Below are positions 24,456 to 38,309 of a DNA stretch of 64,000 bases, piece by piece (position 1 is the first letter of the stretch; the number at the start of each line of letters is the position of its first letter). The notes beneath the pieces are model-generated. The model had not been told where the DNA came from. It did not search any database and saw nothing but the letters and a program-made list of their open reading frames with translations. The stretch is taken from positions 72,168,001-72,232,000 of the forward strand of contig OX597820.1 of assembly GCA_951406725.2 (NCBI GenBank), written 5' to 3'. The translations under genes and the position numbers were made by a program. Origin of the DNA: Octopus vulgaris (lineage: Eukaryota).

Positions 24456-26850
24456 ATGCACTAATACTTTCCTGATTATTCTGACAGTGCCAAGAAAGCA
24501 AACCTTTTGTAACAGTACAACTGAGCACTCTATTCCAGTTTTTTTTATATTCCTCTTAAAGCCTTCTGATACTGTCCCCAAGGACCCAACAATAATTGAC
24601 ACCTTCTTAATTATTCGTGGGTCAAAGGGGCACACATCATCAACTATATAGCACATGAGGTGCACCTTGTCCACCACCACACGGTCTAGTCTGTTATGCT
24701 CTAGCACCTGATCTGTTTGGATTGGGAAATCCCAGAGGATTTTACAAGTCTCCAACTCCACCTCTCTCTACGGTTTGTTATTATACCACACCTTACCTCT
24801 CTCTAGCTTCAACTTTTTGCACAGTTTTAAATGTAGAACTTTCGCTACCTTATGTTGCCACAACTTGTAGTGGTTTGGGGTAAGTCTAGGTTATTCATTC
24901 ATGATATGGGCAATGGTTTTGTTCACTCTGCTACAGATGCAGCACAGTGAAATACATTTTGGTTCCTAAGGTTGACCCTTCAATTTATTATTATTGATAG
25001 AACTCTGGTTCAGTCTTATTTCTGGCAGGATTTATGTGGGTAGCTTGCTACTACCTGTATTAAGTATCCACTAGCTTTCAATAGTTTTTCAAGTGCTTAG
25101 AACCCTCCGGATAACCTGTCCTGTTCCTTAGAGGCAAACTTCCTGTAGAAGCTCTGCAGGATATTTTATTCCAGTCTCCTTCAACCATTTCTTTATATCT
25201 TTGCTTACAGTTCTCAATGCATCAGTTATTATAAGCAAAACCATTACAGTTTTCAAATTCTAAATTCTTGCAATTCCAAATTTTAAGGGACTGTATTTTT
25301 TTTGTTTTTGTCTTTTTTCTTTACAATCCTGGAATCAAATGGGCATGATGGAAGCAACTTCACTTTTCTTTGTCCATTATTGTTATGTCTGGTCTTTTAT
25401 TTTCTAGCTTCTTGTATATTTGAATAGATAAGTCCCACTGAATCCTACAATTTTCCAACTCCAGCACTCTTTTGATGCAATGTTCATACCAGGTCTCCGG
25501 CTTCAAATTCCCATTTCTGGCAAAGCTTCCAATGTAAAACTTTTACAACTTGATCGTGCTTCCATTTTGTTTTTTTATATATTCTCTCTGTCCAACTTGG
25601 AACATTCTATCTTTTTCCAAATTCCACAGACTCAACATTTTTTCAACACATTCTCTCCATATATTTTCCCTCAAGTTGTTTGCTTTTATCACTTGATATC
25701 CTGGGCTGCTACAATTAGGCTTTCTGTTTTTGTTTTTTTGTTGTTTTTTTTTTATTGCCCCTTTTTTAACCAAGCCTAAGATTTTGTTCCACATACATCA
25801 TTAGTGGCTCTCCAAACTTGACCATGCAGAGGTTTTTCTTTAATCTATCTTAAGTGCTTTCTTTGAATTTCATTCTTGTCCTTTTCTCCTATTCCTCACT
25901 TAATCATCTGTTCCTTATTCTCTGTCTTTGGTAGTTTCACTGTGCTGCTTTGTAAATATTCTAGTAGGCTTTTCTTTTCCATCTGTACACACTCTTCCGC
26001 AGCAATTAAGACTCTTCCATCCTGGTCTCTCTTCAGGTACAATCGGTTGATATCAACTTTTGGAGGGTGGGCTCCATACATTGTCAACAGCTTTCTAGTT
26101 TTTCTGTTTAGTTTCTGTATGTCATATTTGGTCCAGTTTACAATTCCAACTCAGTATCTGATTAAGAATACTGCTCTTGCATTTATTGCTTCAATGCCAT
26201 TTTTTGATCCCAAATTCCATACTTATGTCATTTGAGAATATGTGAACAGTATGTAAAAGACTTTCAAGCTGTTTCTCATTTTCCACATAAATCTTTATAT
26301 CATCCATAAAAAGGAGATGATTTATCTGACCACTTCCTTTTCCCAAATCATAAGCTATTTTGACTTTCTGCAATATCAAACTGAGTGGTTTCATGGCCAA
26401 TACAAATAGTAATGGAGATAAGATATCACTTTGAAAGAAATATTTCACATCTGATCCTCACTTTTCCAATGTTTCGTATTTTCATTAACCGTTTTCTCCA
26501 TATTTTCTGCCTCTTCAAACATGCTCATTGTTTTTTTTATCCAACTGTGTGGTACCATGTCATGCTTTTTTGTAATCATTCAGCCCCATCAATCTGCATC
26601 TACAATTTCTAATTATCATTTTATCAACTAATAAGTGGTCTTTGTTGCCTGACTTCATTTCCTGCATCCTTTCTGACTTTTTGTAAACTTCAGTCTCACT
26701 GTATATAGATAGATTCTGAAATTCTTTTGTCTTGGCACAGCTTCAAGTTGTCTTTCCACCTGTGTTAGCCACTCTGCACTTTCTTTATATCTCACCAGCC
26801 TGTTCCTCAATTCTTTCCAAAATATTATCATCATCACCTTCCTCCTCACC
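24455..26850 (-). mobile_element. Two tandem REL-endonuclease LINE remnants (R4/Dong-like)
   Basis: RT FQSDILSPLLFVLAM...INHLLFMDDIK, HPPKVDINRLYL..DGR, REL ILWDFPIQTD..HNR.D.VVVDK (24650-24760); a second REL segment near 25350-25470; bounded by (TAA)n tracts. Confidence 0.85.
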
Positions 26851-26973
26851 ATCATTATTATTATTACTATTATTATTTTTATTATTATTTAAAACAGTTT
26901 GATTCAGCTGCATGCCTTTAAAAAATACATAACTCCTATTAAATGCCTTTTTCTTTCGTTTGCCCTGTCATAT

Positions 26974-27031
<58 letters not shown>

Positions 27032-27392
27032 TTACTTTGTGTTTTATTTTCATTTTTCTTAATTGCTCCCAGTAATGTCACAATGGAATCTGTCCTTCAC
27101 CATTCCTGCCTAACAGCTTAAACATACTGTCACTAGCAACACACAGCATCAAAACTGAGTGAAACAGAGTTTATTTAATGGGATAGCCCTTATAGTATCA
27201 TCTAAGGAACTGTCTGCACCAAAGGATGCACCACAACCAGTTGTGCAGTATCCCACCCATGAGCAATCAATGCAAGATGCATCAAAACAATCTTTGTGAG
27301 CAATAAAGTTTCCTGTATATTCCATTTTCTATTTCTATCATATATATATATATACCACACACGTATATGCGTATACATGCACACAAAAATAT

Positions 27393-27729
27393 ATATCGTA
27401 TTTGATGGCCTGTAAGATGCACAAGTGCATAGGACGCACCCTAGTCTAGGCTATACTTTTGTAAAATAAATTACCACTAAAATAATGTTTTAATTCCTCC
27501 GCTTACCTGTATAACTTTGTTATTACCTGTAATTATAAGCAATTTATTGCATCCACATTCGATATGAACATACTGTTGGTGATTGCTCACCAACAGATGG
27601 CAGCAAACGTTTTGTAAACATACATACCGTTTTGAGCCTACATTGAGTGCATTGGATGCAGGAGGGGTTTTAAAACCATTTTGGGGTAAAAAAAAAAGGT
27701 GCTTCTTATAGGCCATCAAATACTGTATG
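27393..27729. mobile_element. pogo-type MITE
   Basis: TIRs tatcgtatttgatggcctgtaagatgcac / gtgcttcttataggccatcaaatactgta with TA flanks. Confidence 0.75.
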
Positions 27730-28439
27730 TATATATATAAACTCATATAGATAGGCACATACAAGGGACAGCACTCTAGAGCAATATACCATTAGACCAG
27801 TTCAAATAAACTGTATTATTTGTATGTATACATGTATACATAGTCACAGAAAACATACAGAAACCTCAGAAGGTATACCACAAAGTAAATACTAGTTTTC
27901 TTTTTATTGATATCATCCAAATTCATTAGTTCTGTGTATTTATATTATATAGACACTAATCAGCACCTTATCTGGATGTTAATTAGTGGTAAAGTACTCT
28001 GTGTAAATAAATGACCCAATTAGATATATCAAGTCATGACTTTTTGAGATAGACGGCAATTTAATGACCACATAAATAACTTTCAGTTGATTCATGGTTT
28101 CCTAATATTTTTGTCCAAATGAAATAGTCTGGAAATATTTTACGATCTCGGTAAAATGGGATTTTGCAGTTTGTTGTTTCTCTTCAGCATTCTAGTTCTT
28201 TTACACTTAACACCTTGTTGCTTGCAGCAAGTACCCCTAGGAACCTCTGTGTGTGTGTGTGTATGTGTGTTACCTTGTAATAATGGATAAAGAGGTAAAC
28301 AGACATTGAGATAGAGCTACATTTCATTTTGTTTCAGTCACTGGGGGAATGGCATAGCCAGATTTTAAAGTTAGGGGGGAGCAAACACCTAAAGTCGAGT
28401 GCTGTGACACACACCAAACAATTTTTAGCTTATTTCTCT

Positions 28440-28644
28440 TATCATCATCATCATCGTTTAGCGTCCGCTTTCCATGCTGGCATGGATTGGACGGTTCAAC
28501 TGGGGTTTGGGAAGCCAGAAGGCTGCACCAGGCACAGTCTGATCTGGCAATGTTTCTATGGCTGGATGCCCTTCCTAATGCCATCCAGCCGTAGAAACAT
28601 TGCCAGATCAGACTGCGCCTGGTGCAGCCTTCTGGCTTCCCAAA
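28440..28644 (-). mobile_element. RTE tail copy with an internal fold-back duplication
   Basis: 28506-28568 is the reverse complement of 28582-28644 with 2 differences. Confidence 0.85.
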
Positions 28645-28969
28645 ATATTTCATTAGTTATAAGATATGTAATTGTATTCTACATTCATTAATTTCCCGTT
28701 TCAGTAATGATGCCATTATGTATGAAACTTGCAACTGTTGATATAAGTGTGGCCTGAAAGAGATGAAACTCCATGGCATCGTTCAGTGTTGAGAGGTTGA
28801 TGTCAGGGTTTGTTTTGGTTCTTCAGATGTCAGCAACCACTGGCACATCACAGGAGATTGAGCAGATAGTTCAAAAACATGGGAACTTGGTCAAATACAG
28901 TAATGACTCCAGAAAGTTTCTTCCAAAGTCATATGATTAACAAAAGACAAAAAAAATGACTTTTATCAC

Positions 28970-29440
28970 ATGTGGTTGTGTGGTAAGGCGGCGAGCTGGC
29001 AGAAACGTTAGCATGCCAGGCAAAATGCTTAGTCGTATTTCATCTGCCACTACGTTCTGAGTTCAAATTCCGCCGAGGTTGTCTTTGACTTTCATCCTTT
29101 CAGGATCTATAAATTAAGTACCAGTTATGTACTGGGGTCAATGTAATCGACTTCATCCTTTTGCCCTTGTTTGTCCCCTCTATATTTATCCTCTTGTGGG
29201 CAAATAAAGAAATAAGAAGCTTGTTTCCCAACCACATGGTCCCGGGTTCACTCCCACTGTGTGGCATCTTGGACAAGTGTCTTCTACTACGGCCTCAAGC
29301 TGACCAAAGCCTTGTGAGTGCACTTGGTAGATGGAAACTGAAAGAAGCCTGTTGTATAAAAGTCTGCAAGCTCCTGCCTGGCCAGATCCTGTCAAACCAG
29401 CTAACCCATGCCAGCATGGAAGGTGGACATTAAACGATCA
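28970..29440 (+). mobile_element. Nest: SINE B (28985-29217) inside a SINE A head, followed by an RTE tail
   Basis: SINE A head is split at ggtaag|aagcttg; taag recurs at both ends of the insert. Confidence 0.75.
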
Positions 29441-29589
29441 TTTTATATATATATTCCTTATATTGTTGAATGTATATTATATAGTCTTTGACTATTTTTT
29501 CTTTCTCACTAGACCGCTGGTAGCGGAGAATTTTTTCTAGAATTTTTTGCTACCCTTATATTTATTATATATATATATATATATACTTA

Positions 29590-29745
29590 ATTTAAAGCAG
29601 CAGAAAATTCAACAAAACCTGTTACTCTGAGTTCTACGTTCCCGTTCGTCGGACAGTTTTTGCTAGATTTAAATAAAGCATATTACTGGTATTTGATGGT
29701 ACTCTTTTTTCCACCTTGTTTCACATTTATGTGTTTACTCCGGTG
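29590..29745 (-). mobile_element. PLE pLTR-like fragment with degenerate type I hammerhead (29612-29663)
   Basis: gcaaaaactgt-CCGACGA-acg ggaa cgt-AGAAC-tcaga-GTA-acaggttttgt. Confidence 0.65.
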
Positions 29746-29758
29746 TATATATATATAT

Positions 29759-29919
29759 AGGCACATGAGCGGCTGTGTGGTAGGTAGCTTGCTTACGAAC
29801 CACATGGTTCTGGGTTCTTTCCCACAGCGTGGTACCTTGGGCAAGTGTCTCCTACTGTAGCCTCGGGCCGACTAAAGCTTTGTGTGTGGATTTGGTTGAC
29901 GGAAACTGAAAGAAGCCCG

Positions 29920-29954
<35 letters not shown>

Positions 29955-30150
29955 CATATGTTTGTGTGTCTGTGTTTGTCCCCCCAACATCGCTTGACAA
30001 CCAATGGTGGTGTGTTTACGTCCCCTTAACTTAGCGGTTCGGCAAAAGAAATCGATAGAATAAGTACTAGGCTTCCAAAGAATAAGTCCTGGGGTCAATT
30101 TGCTCAACTAAAGGTGGTGCTCTAGCATGGCTGCATTCAAGTAAAAGAGT
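29759..30150 (+). mobile_element. SINE family A, near full length
   Basis: Head, internal (TA)n(TG)n, body and tail. Confidence 0.9.
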
Positions 30151-31779
30151 AAATATATATATATGTATACATACATACACACACACACACACATGTGTGT
30201 ATGTGTATCTCTGTGTATATCCCCAATCACTGCTTGACAACTGATGTTAGTCTGTTTATGTCCCTGTAACTTAGTGGTTTAGCAAAAGAGACTGATGGAA
30301 TTAGTACCTCGCTTCAAAAAAGTCTTGGGGGTCAATTTGCTCAACTAAAACCTTTCAAGTCAGTGCTCCAGCATGGCCAGTATGACTGAAACAAGTGAAA
30401 AACTAAAGAGTTTTAAAAAATTATTGAAACGGGGCCAGTTTTGGAAAACTTGTTTGTGGGGAGTGCTCACTCCCCTTACTCTCCTAACAGCTGTTCCGCT
30501 GCATTGGGCTGCAGGCCATACTGGGGCATTGCCTTGAAGGGTTTTAGTTGAGCAAATTCCCCCTGGCACATTTAATAAGTTTGATACTTCTCTTTGTCTC
30601 TTTTGTCAAACTGCTAAATTATGAGGGCGTAGACAAGCCAATATCAGTTGCTAAGCATAAATTTTACTCCAGCAACCTTTCACTTCAATCCAAATTGAAG
30701 AGTAAAAATCATAAAAACTTTAAATACTTTAGATGTTTTTTTAATACATTTTCAGAAAAAATAGATGTGACATTTATAGTCAATTTTCAACACTTCACCA
30801 CAAATACCGTTCTTTCTCAATCAAATCAAACAACTAATTCTCATTTAGTTTGCTTCTCGTGTCCTTTCTTAAATCTATTGACTTCAAAATCACTTCTGTT
30901 CTACATTTGTTTGTAATAGTTTTGTGATGTTTTTGTTAATTTCTTTTGCCTTGTTTATATCATTCATTTGTCACAAACACTATTTTATTGTTGTAATTAA
31001 GAATTATTTTTATGTTTCTGTTGTTTGGTTTTGTGTTGTTTTTGTTATTGAACTGTTGTTTAAAACAGATCAGTGTAATTGTATCAGAATGTTCAAATAC
31101 TTTCGTTTTTACTCATTCTTGCTGCTTAACCCTTTACCTGTCCAAATTATTTTCATTAGTTTGTTCTAAATGACTGTGCTTATCTTTAGACTTTCAGTTA
31201 GCCCTTGTTTCATATGAGTCATTTAGTAACAGACCATCGTAAGCGCCATAACTTAAAAGCCAAGAAAAACGCAAATTCACGACATTCAGAATGTGATATC
31301 TCAGCAAGGAATGATGTCAGGAAGCTGGTTTTGGTCTTAAAATGACCATGAAGATTTCCTCTAATCATTATTTATTTATGTAAGCATCTGAAAGATGACA
31401 CAAGGACTGTCGTCTTTCTCATTTTGTAGAATATACCAGTACTATGAAACGACGTATCACATTGCATATTTTAGCCATAATATCTAGGAAAAACATGCAG
31501 AGAACCCTCCCACTGCCCACAAGGTATTGTTTGTGTTCTAATATATCAAGGTATGTATCTTTAAGAGTTAAGACAAAATAGTAAGATAACAGCCCATTAT
31601 CGTTACGATTAGTAACAAGGAATTTTAGAAAATGAAACATAACAGCAGATGAGTACACATCTATCATTGGCCAGCTGGCCTCCTTGCAATACGTGTGTGC
31701 TTACAATGGTCATCATCATCGTTTCTTATATACCTTGATATACACAAGCATTCATGTATTTATATACATCCATTTATAC

Positions 31780-32419
31780 ATAGGTGCAGGTGTGGTTGTG
31801 TGGTGAGAAGATTGCTTCTCAACCACATGATTCCAGGTTTAGTCCCACTGCATGGCATCTTGGGCAAGTATCTTCTACTACCTTGTGAGTGGATTTGGTA
31901 GACGGAAACTGAAAGAAGCCCATTGTGTGTGTATGTGTGTGTGTGTCATCATCATCATCACCCTCGTTTAACGTCCACTTTCCATGCTAGCATGGGTTGG
32001 ACGATTTGACTGACGACTGGCAAACCAGATTGCTGCACCAGACTCCAGTCTGATCTGGCAATGTTTCTACAGCTGGATGCCCTTCCTAATGCCAACCACT
32101 CCGAGAGTGTAGTGGGTGCTTTTACATTCCACCGGCACGAGGACCATTCAGGCGGTACTGGCAGCGGCCACGCTCAAATGGTGCTTTTTATGTGCCAACT
32201 GCACAGGAGCCTGTCCAGCGGCTCTGGCAACGACCTTGCTCAAAGGTTTTATCCTATGCCACCAGCACGAGTGCCAGTAAGGTGATGCAGGTAACGATCA
32301 TGCTTGAATGGTGCTTTTTATGTGCCACTGGCACGGAGGCCAGCTTGTTGCTCTGGCAACGATCATGCTCGTATACCACACTCCACTAGCACGGATGCCA
32401 GTCATCAAATTTGATTTCG

Positions 32420-32450
<31 letters not shown>

Positions 32451-32465
32451 CATATATATACACAC

Positions 32466-32513
<48 letters not shown>

Positions 32514-32730
32514 ATGTGTGTATATATATATATATAAGTTTGTGTTTGTCCTCCCACCATTGCTGGACAACTGACGTTGGTGTGTTTACGTCCCCACAAC
32601 TTAGCAATTCAGCAAAAGTGGCCAGTAGAATAAGTACTAGGCTTACAAAAATAAGTCCTGGGGGTTGATCTCTTCAACTAAAGGTGGTGCTCCAGCATGG
32701 TTGCAGTCAAATGACTGAAACAAAAGAATA
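31780..32730 (+). mobile_element. SINE A with an RTE 3' UTR/VNTR fragment (31945-32420, -) in its microsatellite
   Basis: SINE A halves at 31780-31945 and 32535-32730; the insert carries about 5 tandem units. Confidence 0.8.
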
Positions 32731-32904
32731 TATGTATGCACACATGCTCAGACACACACATAAATACATATAGATTTGCACAAACTCACCCTCATACACA
32801 CTTATATGCAAATATAAATATACATAGACATATGTATACAACGTCATTCATACATGCACACATTTTTCATATGCTTATACATACTTACACATATATTATA
32901 TATC

Positions 32905-33222
32905 ACGTGACACGTGCCCAACCAGTCCATCAGATGTAGTTACCCATCGCTGGTCACAATGCATTCGCATTGTTTTAGCCTTCGAATGACACCACCCCAC
33001 TGGCTAAGCGAGCAGGCCAACAGAAGAATGAGTGGGAGAAAGAGTGGTGAAAGAGTACAGCAGGGATCACCACACCCTGCTGGAGCCTCGTGGAGCTTTT
33101 AGGTGTTTTCGCTCAATAAACACTCACAACGCCTGGTCTGGGAATGAAACCGCGATTCTGTGATGAAACCGCGATTCTACGACCGCGAGTCTGCTGCCCT
33201 AACCACTGGGCCATTGTGCCTC

Positions 33223-33225
<3 letters not shown>
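32905..33225 (-). mobile_element. tRNA-derived SINE family C
   Basis: Reverse head ggcccagtggttagggcagc...; 19-bp duplication gaaaccgcgattct at 33147-33180; related to 55745-55935 and 10465-10570. Confidence 0.75.
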
Positions 33226-33262
<37 letters not shown>

Positions 33263-33317
33263 CACACACACACACACACACACATACACACACACTTATG
33301 TCTCAATCTTTACATAT

Positions 33318-33700
33318 AGGCTCCGGCATAGTTGTGTGGTTAGGAGCTTGCTTCCCATCCACACAGTTGCAGGTTCAGTCCCACTGCATGGGGACTTTGT
33401 GCAAGTGTCTTCTACTAAAGCCTTGGGCCAACCAAAGCCTTGTGAGTAACTTCATTGATGGAAACTGAAAGAAGCCTGTCATATACATGTGTTTGTGTCT
33501 GTTTGTCTCCACCACAACTTGACATCCAGTGTTGCTGTGTTTATGTCCCTATAACTTAGCAGTTTGGCAAAAGAGACTGATAGAAAAAGTACCGATCTTA
33601 AAGAAATATAAGTTGTGGGGTCAATTCATTTGACTAAAAATTCATCCTGACAGTGCCCCAGTATGGCAGCAGTTTAATGACAGAAGCAAGTAAAAGATAT
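33318..33700 (+). mobile_element. SINE family A
   Basis: Diverged full-length copy. Confidence 0.8.
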
Positions 33701-34191
33701 ATATATATACACATGCATATAAATGGGATGTATAATTTACATACAGACATACATACATGCATACATATTTTTACATGCATACATGGCTAGCATGCACAAA
33801 AATACCATAAAGGCAAAATTATTGATTAATAATGACGGGTTCTACTTGTTGCACTGTTGCACCAGCATGCTAAAAATAGCAGTCAGAATGACTCAAAACC
33901 ACAGTTAATATATTTTATATACCCATCAAGCTGAGCAAAACTTGAGAAGACCAATCAGCCTGAGCAAACGCAGTCATGGCAGGTACCAATGTCATACAAT
34001 TAGCACCCGTGCTGGTGGCACATAAAAGCATCCACTACACTCTTGGAGTGGTTGGCATTAGGAAGGGCATCCGGCCACAGAAAACCATGCCAAATTAGAA
34101 TGGAGCCAGGCACAGCCTTTCCAGCATACCAGCCCAGTTAAACCATCCAACCCATGCCAGCATGGACAACGGACGTTAAATGATGATGATG

Positions 34192-34240
<49 letters not shown>

Positions 34241-35548
34241 TACATCATCATCGTTTAGTATCCATTTTACATACACATACACACACATGTATACAAATAT
34301 CTATGCACTCTTACTGCCCGTTCCTTTTTTCATGTGAGCATATACCAATACACTTACATTTTTAATAGTTCTGTAAAGTCACATATAAGCAACATTGATA
34401 TTTACACACACAAACAGCCATGTTATTAGAAGCATATATTATTATTACTTCCATACTAGTACATAAATATTGTAAATATGTAGTCTACATCAACACCACA
34501 TATTGAATTTCAGGTGCAAAGTTTACACAACTTCCAGAGCAATTCCTGATATTTTAGAAGAGACTGCAACTTAAAATATGAAACTTATATATTTGAAGTA
34601 AAGTACATCTAGCATATATATATATATACTCCCTTTCCAGCTGACTTTCATAAAAAACATGTAAGAAATAAAGTTAAATTTAAAATATTTAAATTAAAGC
34701 CATGTATTTTAAGTAGGGTACACATAACATTCATGTTGCTATTTTTTTTAGCTGATTCTCGAAAATATGAAAAGAATTAAAATTGGATTTGTTACACGGA
34801 CTCATTTATATATATTATGGATGCATGGCTTTTTTGCATTCATGCAGGAAATACCATTAGTATGCACATATGTGGTGTAAAATTTATATATACATACATT
34901 TCCATGCATAACACATATCTTTTATCTTTCACTGTGGCCATGCTGGGGCACTGCCATAAAGGGTTTTAGTCAAGTGAATTCACCTCAGTGCTCATTTTAG
35001 TTTAAAAGCCTGGTACTTTTTCTGTGTCCTTTACTGAACCGTTAAGTTATGGGAATGTAAACAAACCAACACCAGTTATGAAGTGGTGATGGGTAGAAAA
35101 ACACAAAAACATATGTGTGTGTGTGTGTGTGTATACAACAGGCTTCTGATACTTTCCATCTACCAAATCCTTCACAAGGCTTTGGTTAGACCAGGGCTAT
35201 AGTAGGACCAAGGTGCACACAGTAGGCCTGTACCATGTAATTATATACATGCACACGTGTATAATATATATGCATCACGTAAAAAGCACCTACTACACTC
35301 ACGGAGTGGTTGGCGTTAGGAAGGGCATCCAGCCGTAGAATCACTGCCAGATTTGACTGGGCCTGATGAAGCCTTCTGGCTTCACAGACCCCAGTAGAAC
35401 CGTCCAACCCATGCTAGCATGGAAAATGGACGCTAAACAATGATGATGATGATAATATATACACATCCTAATAAAGATAACAAAGGAATTAATTGGAAAA
35501 TGAAGTTTGCATAATTATCTGTAGATATGCACACATATATATATATGC

Positions 35549-35593
<45 letters not shown>

Positions 35594-35599
<6 letters not shown>

Positions 35600-36445
35600 G
35601 TCATTCCATAAATAATGTGGTTCTTTTATACTTCTTTTATTTTTCAAAATTAAGATAAAGTTCTTTTTTTAATCTAAGATATACTTTCCTTCATTTTCTA
35701 CAATGCTCTTCCATCAATCTGGTAGACTTGCAAGACCCCTCTTACACAAATCACTTGTCTGTGATGAAAAACACTCCTCCAGTACTGTTCTGACCTCATC
35801 TACAGAATTCATATTTTTTCCATCCAAATGATTTTGAAGACTGTGGAATAAATGATAATCAGATGGGGCAATGTCTGGCAAATATGGTGGTGGGGCATTG
35901 GTTCCCATTTAAATTGCTCCAACCTTTGGAATGTCAACCTCGAGCATTATCCTGATGGAAGAACATCTTTCACTTTGAAACCAAAGATAGTCATTTTTCT
36001 TCTAGTGCTGACTTAAGCCACTCAAGCTGCTCACAGTAGATCTCCTTTGTTATCGTTTGGTTTGGGTTTAAAAGTTCAGAGTAAACCTTTCATATCCCAC
36101 CAAACAGATAACATCTTACATGGGTGAAGAAACTTCTTTAGCCTGGGTTGCTGGTGTTTCTCCTTTCTCTACCTATTGTCTTTGGTGCTTGACATTTTTA
36201 TGGAGAACCCTTTTCTCATCATCAGTCACTATTCTGTCCAAAAAGGGTTCATTCGTAAGATGTGACAGCAAAGAAGAGCAAACATTCACTCTATGCACAT
36301 GACTCAGAGAATTTGAGAAGAACCCATTTACCCAATTTGCTGTCTTTTTTTGATGGCACACAGGTGTTGATGAATGGCTGGATGACCAAATCCAAGATTC
36401 TCTGCTAGATCTTCAACAGTTATGATGGAATATTGTTCCACGAGA
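35594..36445 (-). mobile_element. mariner (DD34D-type) transposase relic
   Basis: PFLDRIVTDDEKRVLHKN and PPYLPDIAPSDYHLFHSLQNHL; TA-ttgggtcattcc TIR-like end. Confidence 0.85.
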
Positions 36446-37041
36446 GTGACACATAAAAGGCACCTATAATGGTGACACACAAAAGGCACCCATGACGGTC
36501 ACTCGTAAAAGGCACCTGTGATGGTCACTCGTAAGAGGCACCTGCTACACAGCTAAGAAGGGTATCCAGTTGTAGAAATCAAGCTCTCTGGCTTAACCAG
36601 TTCCAGTCAAACTGTCCAACCTAGGCCAGCATGGAAACCTCATGCTAAATGATGATGATATGCCCAATCAGTTTTTGCTTATATATTCAATTTCATTTCT
36701 GTACATATATCCAATTAAATGCTTATATTTTGTATTCATTCTTGGAATATTCTTTTCAAGAGTTTCTTGCTTTTATATTCAGACTTAGCTTGATAATTGA
36801 AGATGTTAAAATTAGGATTTAATTTTTCAACTTCATAAACATATTTTAATACTCAAGTTTCTCTGTCAAATATATTCTTTTCTCCTACTTTTCAGTTTCC
36901 ACTGAAGTCTGCTTACTCAACCATCTACACACACATGCACTCACTCTCGTACACACACCCTCACACATACCAATACACATACAGGCATAGAGAATACCTT
37001 TTCTTTTGTTTGTTACGTAAACTTATATATACATATATGTA

Positions 37042-37079
<38 letters not shown>

Positions 37080-37082
<3 letters not shown>

Positions 37083-37280
37083 CAGCAAAAATTTAGATTC
37101 AGATGAATATGGTACTTAAGTTAAAGGCACCAGAATTTGGCATGGTATTATCCATATAAATCAAATGGGGTGATTATAATCAAAATAAGCAACAGGGATA
37201 TCCAAAGGTAGTGTAGTACGATCGTTTCATGCTACTTCATTTAATTAAATAATGTAAGTATTACATCAGTTTTAAAATGT
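37080..37280 (-). mobile_element. PLE pLTR fragment with 3' half of a hammerhead motif
   Basis: Reverse complement tgatgtaat...GAAAC-GATC-GTA-ctacac...ggatatccctgtt; same family as 47610-48200. Confidence 0.6.
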
Positions 37281-37291
37281 AGAGCATATAT

Positions 37292-37468
37292 AGGCACAGA
37301 AGTAGCTGTGTGGTAAGTAGCTTGCTTACCAACCACAGGGTTCTGGATTCAGTCCAAGTGCATGGCATCTTGGGCAAGTGTCTTCTACTATAGCCTCGGG
37401 CTGACCAAAGCCTTGTGAGTGGATTTGGTAGACGGAAACTGAAAGAAGCCTGCATATATATATATGTG

Positions 37469-37518
<50 letters not shown>

Positions 37519-37620
37519 CCCGCATCACTTGACAACCAATGCTGGTGTGCTTATGTCCCCGTAACTTAGCGGTTTGGCAAAAGAGACCAATAAAATAAGT
37601 ACTAGGCTTACAAAGAATAA
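37292..37620 (+). mobile_element. SINE family A
   Basis: Matches 46542-46865. Confidence 0.9.
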
Positions 37621-37710
37621 GTTTTCTTTGTATTGTCTATCTGGATGTTTTGTTGTCTCTTTTTTGTATTACCTAACTGTCTGGATATTTTGCATTCTTG
37701 TCCCATTTTG

Positions 37711-37749
<39 letters not shown>

Positions 37750-37759
37750 CATATGCACA

Positions 37760-37996
37760 CATAGTAATTCCTCAACTATCACGGGTGTTACATTCTAGAA
37801 ACCGCCACAGTAGGTGAAAATCCATGAAGTAGAAACACTACTGTACTGTATATTTCTTTTATTATTTTCATAATTTGTATATATTTTATTACTGATGCAA
37901 AGCAAAACCATGGACGAATTGACATAAGCTTAAATAATAAACCACATCAGGTGAACCACAATAGGTGAACCATGATTATGACAAGAGATTACTGTA
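37760..37996. mobile_element. pogo/Tigger-like MITE
   Basis: Imperfect TIRs tagtaattcctcaactatcacgg / ccatgattatgacaagagattactgta. Confidence 0.6.
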
Positions 37997-38309
37997 TATG
38001 AAAAGGTAAAAGAGATTAATAAATTCAGGCTGATATCTAAGGAAACACTCAGTGCTCAGCAAATTTGGTTAACTCTATCAGATACCAATAAATCCAAATA
38101 GAATTAACATCCAGGGTAATTCCTCGTGTATGAAAAGTAGATCCAAATATCACTTAGAGGAATTTCAAGAAATCTAGAGTAATTGACAACAGGAGCAAGA
38201 ATGAAGAAAATCATAGCTTTAATTAATGACTACACCATACATAACCAATAATCATTTCTATTGTGCCAGCACATTTAGATATAGAAAGAGGTAGAAATCA
38301 ATATTCTTT

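Noticed and set aside
24297-24761. REL endonuclease-transposase fusion ORF
   Set aside because: Chance in-frame junction of two dead elements; both parts are truncated and a stop follows before the catalytic residues.
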